Positions 18,554 to 27,771 of a stretch of DNA of 32,000 nt are shown here, in pieces. The stretch lies in sequence record NW_027117421.1. One strand, given 5' to 3'. A program made the position numbers and the translations under genes. Below the pieces are notes generated by a model. The model saw nothing but the letters and a program-made list of their open reading frames with translations. It had not been told where the DNA came from and did not search any database. Numbering within the stretch: the stretch's first letter is position 1; each line of letters begins with the position of its first letter.

Positions 18554-19248
18554 TTAAATTTTTTACCCTTGATACATCAACGGTGGTTAATTTAAGTCCA
18601 CAATTATTATTCTCGGATGACGAGAATCCTGAAGAATCTTCAGAACCTAAAGAAGATTCTTCAGAATCTAAAATAATCTCCGTAGAACCTAACCCAAATA
18701 CACCCGGTTGAAGTATAGTGACTCGAAAGAACTCAGAGGGTGAGATAGTATTATCACATATACGTGATGATCAGTTAGCTGATCGTCTTGCTCGGGGTTT
18801 TGAACCTGAATCTGAACCTGAATCTGAACCTGAATCTGAATCTGAATCTGAATCTGAATCTGAATCTGAATCTGAAAATATAGCTGAACAAGAAAGAAAT
18901 GCAAATCAATTACGATCACAACGGCAACAACGTCAACAGCTAGTTTTACCAAGCTTATATCCGGCTAAGTTTTTGTATGTACCTAAAAAAAAAGAAGAAC
19001 TTGAACTTGACCCTAATAGTTTAAAAAGAAAACGTGAAGACGATGATGATGATAATAATTCAAATGGTCCAGGACCAGATGTTCCGGCGGGACCAGATGT
19101 TCCTTCAATAACAGTGACTGACACTTCTAATGATAATTCTTCTGAAGGTAATCAAGGATCATCGAAAGTGTTATCGCCTATAGATTTTGTAATTGAAAAA
19201 GAAAATAATGAATTTTCGTCAATTTTTGATTTAATGGGGGATGAATAA
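18511..19248 (+). CDS. Unassigned ORF, 245 codons, acidic and low-complexity (EP/ES repeats, poly-Asp, GPDVP repeats)
   Basis: Track ORFs 18511-18711 and 18718-19248 are in the same frame, joined by one TGA. It overlaps the last 43 nt of cox3 in another frame. I recognised no family motif. Confidence 0.4.
18802..18873 (+). repeat. Hexanucleotide coding microsatellite (GAACCTGAATCT)x3 then (GAATCT)x6
   Basis: Counted directly. Encodes EPESEPESEPESESESESESESES. Confidence 0.95.
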
Positions 19249-19402
19249 TAAATTTTATTTACACTTTTTATTGTAAGTTGATTTCTTTAATGCTCTCATA
19301 GTACTAAGTACTATGATAGGGTAGTAAGGAGAAGCAAATTTTTGTTTAGAACAGTTATCTTATAAATTTAATTATATTACCCTTATAGAGGGTAATATAA
19401 AA

Positions 19403-19474
19403 GATTCTTTAGCTTAATCGGTAGAGCGCGTTTTTGATAAAAACGATGTTCAAGTTCAATTCTTGGAAGAATTA
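19403..19474 (+). tRNA. trnI: tRNA-Ile (anticodon GAU)
   Basis: Acceptor GATTCTT/AAGAATT, D arm GCTT/GAGC, anticodon stem CGTTT/AAACG, loop TTGATAA, T arm TCAAG-TTCAATT-CTTGG. Confidence 0.85.
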
Positions 19475-19545
19475 TATTAAAAAATTATAAAACTTTTAAG
19501 TAGTTTTATACCAGCCCCCCCTTTTTATATTAAATATATTTATAA

Positions 19546-19616
19546 TTCTCATTAGCTCAAAGGTAGAGCAGGATACTTCTAATATCCCGATTTTAGTTCG
19601 AATCTAAAATGCGAAT
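19546..19616 (+). tRNA. trnR: tRNA-Arg (anticodon UCU)
   Basis: Acceptor TTCTCAT/ATGCGAA (one mismatch), anticodon stem GGATA/TATCC, loop CTTCTAA, T arm TTTAG-TTCGAAT-CTAAA. Confidence 0.8.
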
Positions 19617-20100
19617 ATTTTTTTTCTGACCTTAATCTAAAGTCGAAAATTAAAATTTTAGGCTTTGGATACAGTAATTATAAACCTTATTAAATCTAAA
19701 TTTAATATGGGTAATACTACAGGATATCATACTGTTAGTCGTTCACATGGAGCAGGAGTTGTTATGTATCCTTTTGTATATATATGATAATTCAAGTAGA
19801 GCTAATCACCCTTTTTATATTTGAAGCTCAATTAGAAGCCCCCATGATTGTAATATAATGCTTTTAAATTGTGTAAAAGCAAGAGTAGAATTCGCTAGAA
19901 TCAGGATAGAGACAGCCGGTTCTTTAAGTAGAGTATGTTATTCTCTAGGGGGGGGATCTGTTACATATGGGGAAGTACTCGACGGTTTGTTAACGGATAT
20001 TCAACAATCTTTAAACTCAAGAAGCAGTAGATAAATTGCAATTTATTTTATCTCATGCTTTATTACTTTATAACTATGTTATATACTTTTTAACATATCT

Positions 20101-20144
20101 TCCCCCTCCCTCCTCCTCAATTAATTGAGGAGGTAGGAGGGGGA
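20101..20144. repeat. 44-nt near-perfect palindrome TCCCCCTCCCTCCTCCTCAATTAATTGAGGAGGTAGGAGGGGGA
   Basis: Family with four copies in the window (20101, 24259, 27728, 31807). Confidence 0.9.
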
Positions 20145-20202
20145 CCAAATTTTATAGAGAAATAAGTGTTAAGTGTTAAATTTAACACTTACTTCTCTAT
20201 AA

Positions 20203-20270
20203 CGGATTAGGGCCGGGTTGGTATGGCGTCTCATTTGGGTTGAGAAGTAGTTATGTTCGAATCATAATCC
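20203..20270 (+). pseudogene. Degenerate second copy of trnP(UGG) just upstream of rnl
   Basis: Matches 2036-2100 almost base for base. The 3' acceptor strand is disrupted (CATAATCCTAAA versus CATAATAATCCGAAA) and there is one D-stem substitution. Confidence 0.7.
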
Positions 20271-20731
20271 TAAATAAAGGATTAATAGTGATATAGTGCA
20301 TTAGATATAGAAAAATATTTATAAAAATATAAGTATACAAAGAAACTATTAGGGATCCCTAGCTATGTATTAAAGAGTAATTTTAAATTATGTATAATTT
20401 ACATATAAACTCTTAGAGAAATTAAGTAATAAACGAAGGCGAATTGAAATATCTTAGTAGCTTCAGGAAAAGAAATCAAACGAGATTCTACGATTAGTGT
20501 GAATGAAAGTAGATTAGCCTATGTACGGTCCCTGCTACGCAGGGAAATAAGTAAGTATATTAATAAGTAAAATGGACGAAAACCTGTTTGAATATTAAGG
20601 GGAACCTTCCTCTAAGGCTAAATATAATACATAAGCGACAGAGAAAAGTACCGTGAGGGAACGGGAGTTGAAATAGTAGTTTTATAAGCAGCTCAAGCTA
20701 GTGAAAAAGTAAGAGCGTACCTTTTGCATAA

Positions 20732-21660
20732 GTGCGACAAGAAGCGTACACAGTTAATGTGGTGAAATTCCACCAAACCTTTCCATTGGTTTGACCCTAT
20801 CCATACAAGCGAGGAGAGCAATCACCTGGTTTGAAGCTATGGAAACAATGTAACAATATCCCATCTTAGAAATAAGATCGGTGTGCTAGGGTAATAAATT
20901 CTATGATGAACGAAAGTGAATGTGCATCGAGGCTTCGTAAAAGGTGAACCCTCGGGTTTTATCACGACATATCTTTCTTATGCTGGGATATGGAATGGAA
21001 CAGACGTGATACGGAGTAAAGCATACAATCTAAGGAATTTAGCAACGGTAACTGTGTATGAACTTGGTAAGCCCCTAATCTACACTTGGATTTTAATAAG
21101 TTTTGCAAGGCCTATTAAAGTAAAAGAGAAGTAACATATAATGACCATGTCAGAAATTGTTATATAAGATTTGGGGTAGAAGAACGTCTAAAAAGCGAAT
21201 GCAGATTAGTAATAAATCTGATAGAGTTATATAACTCGATCCGAGAGGATGCTGACTTAGGCATTGTGGTCATCGTAAATATAATATCTTGAAGCGTAAG
21301 AAACCAGCCCGGGTCCAAAACTGTTGTCATAGCAGTTAAGGGAACAAAGCAGTATCGAGCAATCGACGGTTAAACTTGCGTTCCGATCTTTAAATATCGC
21401 CAAACCTTTCAAAGAAGGCAGAAGCAATAGTTAAAGATCTTCAAGAGAAGATAGTTATCGCTACATTGAAGGATAATATAAAAGAAGTGTACTTATTACA
21501 AAATTCTTAATATTATTCATCATTGGCTGAAAGAGAAGGAACGAATCTCCAAAACGAGGGATAGAAATTCTCTTAAGTATGATTGCACGAGCCGTGTGCG
21601 GTGAAAGTCGCACGCACGGTTCTAAGGGGGGAAAGTCCGAGAGGACCTACCTATCCCAAT
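20732..21660 (+). mobile_element. ORF-less group II intron in rnl (929 nt)
   Basis: Splits the conserved CCTTTTGCATAA|TGGGTCA. 5' GTGCGAC. Domain V GAGCCGTGTGCGGTGAAAGTCGCACGCACGGTTC at 21589-21622. Confidence 0.85.
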
Positions 21661-22059
21661 TGGGTCACCAAGTTAACATTAGATGCGAGCGGTAAAACAC
21701 GCGTAGTTAAAACGATGATCAATCAAATGAATTAGTGTCTAAAGTTAGACCCGAAGCTAGGTGATCTTACCACAATCAGGATTATAAAAGTCCGAACCGG
21801 TTATTGTGGCAAAAATATCGGAAGAATTGTGGTAAGTATAGTGAAAGACAAAACTGACCTAGATAGCTGGTTTTCTGCGAAACCTATAATAGTAGGCAAT
21901 TTAAGTAACATCTTAGCAGGTACAGAACTTCATCTCGGACAAGGTGTAAAAAATTTTATTCTAGGTTTTCTTCTGACGTTCGCGTCAAAAGAACTTAGAG
22001 TAAAATTCACATCTTACTTTGTACATATCGGGGGATCGTAAAGATTTTATCGGTGAGTT

Positions 22060-23620
22060 TGTAGACTCGAAATGGCAAAGATGAATCTTGAATTATCAGA
22101 CATAGAATGATAAGGTTGTATGTACAGCCTTTTTGTAGAAGTGAACCTTCTGCTATAAACCATCAAATTGCGGGAACACCCTAAAGCAATCACAACCAAG
22201 TAGGAATAGTAATATGTATCCTATGGCTCAGGTAATGACTCGAGGTATGGTAAAATCGTGATTGATTAATGATTAGTTAATGGGTTATCCGCAGCCAAGC
22301 ACCTTTATTAAAAAGGTGTGCAGTTCATCGACTAAATGTTGGTTGGCGCAAGCTTAAGATATAGTCAGGCCTCATTCGAAAGGATGCAATGGCAATAAAG
22401 TAATTTTATTCAACATATATATAAATTTAAATAAGAAGCCGGCTTTTACAAAAGACTTAATACGACAGGCGACTATCTTTCGAAGGGTAACTGACTTATA
22501 AAGGCTGACACCCTTTATAGGCAGTGTTAATAGATTAAGGTACTGTAAAAGTAGATGTTTAACAACTTGCTAAAGGTATTATTTAGCCGGATCTAGGGGA
22601 GACTCTAGAAATCTGAGAGATGAGCTTGAAGATTGAAATATATTCATGACCCATGTTTGGAATGAGACGAACACTAAGTTGTCTGGCATAAATAAAAAAA
22701 CATTCAAAAATAAAAGTCATAAAAAATAATCTATTCCGTGCCCATGGGGCAATAAAAAATTATTCCAGTTATAGTAATATAACTGTAACTCCAATCAAAT
22801 GTTATGAAAATGCATTGTTAAATAAAAATATAATTCTTACTGAAAATAAGAATGAATCCGGTATTTATCGTTGAGTGAATACATTAAATAGCAATACTTA
22901 TGTAGGTAGTGGTTTAAATCTCTCAAAAAGAGTAGGAAATTACTATAACAAAAGTGAATTAAATAGGAATCCTAGACCTATACACGCTGCTTTACTAAAA
23001 TATGGATACGAAAATTTCAATTTAGAAATTTTAGAGTATTGCAAAGCAGATGAGCTAATTGTAAGAGAACAGTATTATTTGGATTTATTAATACCTGAGT
23101 ATAATGTTTTAACACGTGCTTATTCTTTATTAGGTTTTAAACATAGCCCAGAAAATATTGCTAAGTTTAAACTAAAAAAGATTTCACAGGAACATAAAGA
23201 TATTTTATCTTTAACTCATTTAGGTAAGGTTGTTAGCCAAGAAACTAAAGATAAATTATCTCTTGCTACAACCAATTATAAAAAGAATAATCCTCTTTCA
23301 TCTGAAGCTTTAGCTAATATAAAAGCTAAAACTTTGGCACGTGAAGGAGTATCTGTCTCAATTTTAAATACTCAAACTAATGAAGTAAAAAGTTTTTCAA
23401 CTTTAACTGAAGCAGGACAGTATTTAGATGTAAAAAGACAAGCTATACGAAACGCAATTAATAGAGGAAGTCTTGTTAAAGGACTTTATCGTGTTTCAGA
23501 AGATAAGTAGGCAGTATATACATAAATATAGGTACAATTAAATTTATATAAAATTACTTTAGCTTCGAGATTAAAGAAGCCAGGAATATAAAGCATTAAT
23601 AATGTATATTATAACCTGTT
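22060..23620 (+). mobile_element. Group I intron in rnl carrying a GIY-YIG ORF (borders approximate)
   Basis: Core elements TATCCGCAGCCAAGC, GCAGTTCATCGACTAAATG and AAGATATAGTCAGG lie upstream of the ORF. rRNA similarity resumes near TAACCTGTTGTCTAAATGG. The 5' border lies somewhere in 21950-22130. Confidence 0.45.
22692..23510 (+). CDS. GIY-YIG homing endonuclease with a C-terminal NUMOD1-like DNA-binding module
   Basis: Track ORF 22875-23510 extends upstream through TGA. Sequence reads SGIYRWVNTLNSNTYVGSGLNLSKRVGNYY...REQYYLD. C-terminus reads KSFSTLTEAGQYLDVKRQAIRNAINRGSLVKGLYRV. The frame is open from 22692 with no clear ATG. Confidence 0.8.
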
Positions 23621-24258
23621 GTCTAAATGGATAGTTCATTTTTGAACTGTTTAGGGAGAAGATCCATGTTTATTTAGTACAGAAACATGGATTCGCGTGT
23701 ATGTCAAAAGGGAAACAGCCCAGAACAAGAGTTAAGGTTCCGAAATTATTATTAAGTGAAATTAAGAAAGTCTTTATTTAAGTCGACAAGGAGATGGGCT
23801 TAGAAGCAGCCATAATTCAAAGACCTCGTAACAGAGCGCTTGTTAATTTTTAAAGGCATCGAAAATTTAACGGATCTAAATAATGTACCGATACCTTGTC
23901 CATACTTGAATATAATAGATGTAATATTATATTCATTTACTGGGGTAGCAGAACATTGAGTGAACATGAAGCATTCTTATTATTTTATAATAAATGCGTT
24001 TACATTACACTCAAGAGAGAATGGTGACATGAGTAACAAAAAGAAATTTCGAGGCATAGTTGACTAAGGATAGTGGCGAAGCTCTATCCAAGGTCCCTCG
24101 AAAATCCGCCTAAAGCTTATGGTTTTATTTAAAGTAACGGCCTCTAAGTTTTCACTTCCAAAGGTTGAAACGATGAGAAAATCTTATTACTTAAATGACA
24201 ACATTTTTCAAGTGGAAAGTGTGCTGGAAAAAATAAGTAATATATCTTTAAACTCATT

Positions 24259-24302
24259 TCCCCCTCCCTCCTCCTCAATTAATTGAGGAGGAGGGAGGGG
24301 GA
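24259..24302. repeat. 44-nt perfect palindrome TCCCCCTCCCTCCTCCTCAATTAATTGAGGAGGAGGGAGGGGGA inside an rnl exon
   Basis: Read directly. Same family as 20101, 27728 and 31807. Confidence 0.9.
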
Positions 24303-25646
24303 CCGAGTGGGTTTACTAGGTCCCTTCCACATCCTGGAAGGATTAGACAAGATGAAAAAAAACCGTACCTAGAAACTGTGACAAGTAAGCTAGTAGAGAA
24401 TACGAAGGCGTAAATGAGCTAACAATCATAAAGGAACTCGGCAAACTAACTACCGTAACTTCGGGATAAGGAGGGCTCAGTTGTACCGTTTTAATATTTA
24501 AATATTAAAACGGTTAAGATGGAAGAAGCATGAAATATTGTTGTACGACTGTTTAATTAAAACAAAGCACTTTGCATAACGACTTAAGTCTAAGTATAGA
24601 GTGTGATTTCTGCCCGGTGCCGGCTGGCTAACGAAAATAACTAACTTTAAAAAGTTTGGTACTGTAGGAACCCCCGGTTAATGGCGGCCTTACTCTGAGG
24701 GTCCTAAGGTAGCGGAATACCTTGACTGTTAAATGCAGTCTTTGCATGAATGATGTAACGATACAACAGCTGTCTCTATGATTGACTCAGTGAAATTGGC
24801 ATAGCAGTGCAGATACTGCTTACCTCTAGTTAGACGAGAAGACCCTATGCAGCTTTACTGTTACTAATTATTAGGTATGGTCGGGGACAAATTTCAGTAA
24901 ATAAGGTAATTGATCAGATTCAAATGTAATACCTTTATTTGGGGATCGTATTGTGAGGATTATTTAATCCCCTTCTTTTCCTAAAAAGAAAAGAATGTAA
25001 CCTTAGAAAGGAAAAATTGCTAGGAGACAGTTTATGCGGGGCACAGACCCCACAAAGAGTAAATGGGAGTGTCCAACTATGTTTTATATTTGTTTTTATA
25101 TCTCTTAGTTCTTTAGGGAACTAAGAGGTTAGCGTAAGCTAACAGATATATCACAGAATCAAAAATATTAATTTTTGTTTGTTTGTAATAGTAGATAGCA
25201 TTATGCTATACTCTATCATATTTATGTATTGATGTACAAGCTAGACAGTAAAATGTCTAATATTTTGCTTTTCTGTATTTAGATACTTATAAAAGTATAG
25301 ACTTACAGGGTATTAATGAGAAGCAATTTTTATCGTTAGGTAAGATTTTAACTAAGGTGAAATTAGTTGTAGATGAGATATTACGAATTATTCTAATATC
25401 TTATTAGTTATCGTATTTTTTACGATAGGTTATGTATAATACTTACCAAGTTTAATGGCTAAATCTTGCTTTACTGTTTGACCACCAACAAGTCTTACAG
25501 TCGCGTAAGCGGGGCATAGGATCACAAGACACAAAAAGGAAAGGTCTTGGATTATTGGAAAAGCTACGCTAGGGATGTTTGTCCTTCAATGTTAAATAGT
25601 CCCCGGCTTTATTTATTTATTTTTATCTTAATTCCCTCTTATCTCT

Positions 25647-25680
25647 GATATCACTACTGCGTAGCAGATAAAGAGATATC
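25647..25680. repeat. Copy of the GATATCACTACTGCGTAGCAGATAAAG hairpin family
   Basis: Shares the core ACTACTGCGTAGCAGATAAAG with 28578, 28988 and 29519; the 25851 copy has one change (AGTACTGCG...). Confidence 0.85.
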
Positions 25681-25850
25681 GGGGGAAAAGACCTGAAGAT
25701 AAACAAGGCAGGACGAAAATCATTGAATTTAATTGGGTAAATTTCAAAAATAACTTAACCAAGCATTAGTTTTATCTACTGCTTAATCTAAGTAAATTTG
25801 AAGCGAAATTTGTTTTAGCAAGGAATTTTCTATCTGATCCCTTGATCCCT

Positions 25851-25880
25851 TGATATCAGTACTGCGTAGCAGATAAAGGG
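25851..25880. repeat. Copy of the same hairpin family (GATATCAGTACTGCGTAGCAGATAAAGGG)
   Basis: Direct comparison. Confidence 0.85.
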
Positions 25881-26081
25881 GGAAATGGGAAAGGCAAGAA
25901 ATTCAATAAGAAACAAAACCGTTCAACGACTAATAGGTGAGTATGCTAACAATAAACCTTGTATAAAACCCAACATTTTTCTTAATGTATAAAAAAAAAG
26001 ATTTTTCGTTTTATTTTTTTTATTATTAAAAAATGCATTTTTTAATAATAAAAAAAGGAGGGCAATAAAATAAATAAAATT

Positions 26082-27718
26082 ATGTTAAATTTAAAAAATA
26101 ATAATTCATCCGGTGCCCACGGGGCAATAAAACAAATTGAATCTAATGTGGAGTATAATTCTCCTTTTATTTTCACTAAAAAAATAAATACTAATTATAA
26201 ATTAGTGCCTTTTAATATAGTAGAAAATGATGTAGGTAAAACTAAGTATTTACCTCCCGTCTCTAAAGAATGAAAAAACACTGTTTATAATTATTCACCT
26301 AAAAATAATATAAATTACCCTATTTATGATTTAAATATAAATTCTTTAATAAGAGGTTATTTTAGTTTATACTTTAATAATAAGTTTTTACAGCATAAAT
26401 ATATATCACGTAGAACTAAACGTAAATCTTTAAATAGAATATTTGTAAGTAAAGCTGAAATTAAACATACTAATGAAAAAGCTATAATTACTCTTTATGT
26501 TTTTAATAAAGAAAGAAAATCTTTATTAAAAAGAATTCTAGATCTAAAAAAAGAATTAAAAAAAAATATAAAAAAAATAAAAATTGATCTTTAAAAAAAT
26601 CATTTTTATTAATGACAGATAATTGAATGAATTTTCTTTCTTATGTTATGGCTCCTAATCCGCCCTTCGGCCTAGCCCAGCTAGTCCTGGGCGAAAGGGA
26701 GGATAAAAAAAAAGAGTCGACGACGGCCGAAACTAATTTAATTGATAGACCTCAAACAGGATCAGAAAGTATAAATAATTCTTTATCATTGTTATTAAAA
26801 TTTAATGTTAATGATCGTTTAAGAAAGATAAATTTCTTATATTATATGCGTAATAAAGATTTCTTCAAAAGTGTAAAGAAAGTTTTTTCTACTTTTAGAA
26901 GATTAAGATTGAAATTAAGTTTAAACAAATCTAAATTTGAAGAAAAATTTTTATCTAAATTAAGCCAATCAATAAGTAAATACTATGGTAAAAAAGTAGA
27001 GTTTAACATAGTTAATTTAAAGTCTATAGCGTATAATACTGATATATTTACTGAAATATTAACAATAAAATTAAGAAAACCTAAATCTAGTCCAATGCGT
27101 AGAATAAATTCTCTGCTTTCTAAAGTTGCTTTACCTAAGGTAAATACTATTATAGAAAGAGGTAGAGTAGAAAAACAAGTGGATAGAGAGTTAATAGACA
27201 ATAAATATAAAAATCTAAATATAAATCATATATTAAATAAATTATCAGAACAAGACATAAACTCTAAAGATAATTTAAATAAATTATTATATAATATATA
27301 TTATAAAACTATTTTAGATAACTCTAATGATACTAGGGAATCTGTTGTACCTTTAAAAACTAAAAACTCAAAAGATAATATATCTTCCTTCTCTTACACC
27401 TCAGGGGTACACGGAGACCTAAATAAAGCTTATTACTCAAACTTGCGTAAAATTATTTTTGAAAATATAAAATATAAAGCTATGGGTGGTGCTAGATTAA
27501 TCGTTAAAGGTAGATTAACTAAACGTTATAGAGCTGATAGAGCTGTATACAAGTTGAAGTGAAAAGGTGGTCTTAAAAACATCGATTCTGCATTTAAAGG
27601 ATTATCCGCAGTAGTTTTTAGAGGTTTTCAAGATTCTAATGTTGAGAAAGCGTTTTCTATTTCAAAAAGGCGGATCGGAGCGTTCGGGGTGAAAGCTTGA
27701 ATGGCTGCTAAACCTTAA
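26082..27718 (+). CDS. rps3: Ribosomal protein S3 (S5/Var1-type), intron-encoded; reading frame broken near 26540-26600
   Basis: The N-terminal part (frame 0) runs from 26082 to TAA at 26592-26594. The C-terminal part (frame 2) is open from 26510 to TAA at 27716-27718 and includes GGARLIVKGRLTKRYRADRAVYKLKWKGGLKNIDSAFKG...SKRRIGAFGVKAW. The two frames overlap in an A-rich tract. Confidence 0.75.
26663..26699. repeat. GC-rich palindromic cluster inside rps3 (in frame), inverted relative to 11945 and 15452
   Basis: CCCTTCGGCCTAGCCCAGCTAGTCCTGGGCGAAAGGG. Its reverse complement aligns with the other two copies. Confidence 0.8.
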
Positions 27719-27727
27719 TCCACTTCT

Positions 27728-27771
27728 TCCCCCTCCCTCCTCCTCAATTAATTGAGGAGGTAGGAGGGGGA
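27728..27771. repeat. 44-nt palindrome identical to the 20101 copy, 10 nt after the rps3 stop
   Basis: Read directly. Confidence 0.9.

Noticed and set aside
18689-18952. 87-aa minus-strand ORF (…QIQIQIQ…) and the 63-aa ORF at 18933-19124
   Set aside because: These are antisense read-through of the hexanucleotide repeat and of the acidic ORF region. Repeat-driven open frames are expected by chance.
20326-20334. ATATAAGTA, identical to the yeast mitochondrial promoter nonanucleotide, just upstream of rnl
   Set aside because: The motif is AT-rich and near-matches occur elsewhere in the window (for example near 4455 and 28465). Promoter consensus in filamentous fungi differs from yeast. There is no basis here to call a promoter without transcript 5' end data.
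20916-22041. Track ORFs 20916-21134 and 21829-22041
   Set aside because: They fall inside the rnl group II intron ribozyme and inside conserved rRNA exon sequence respectively. No protein motifs were seen.
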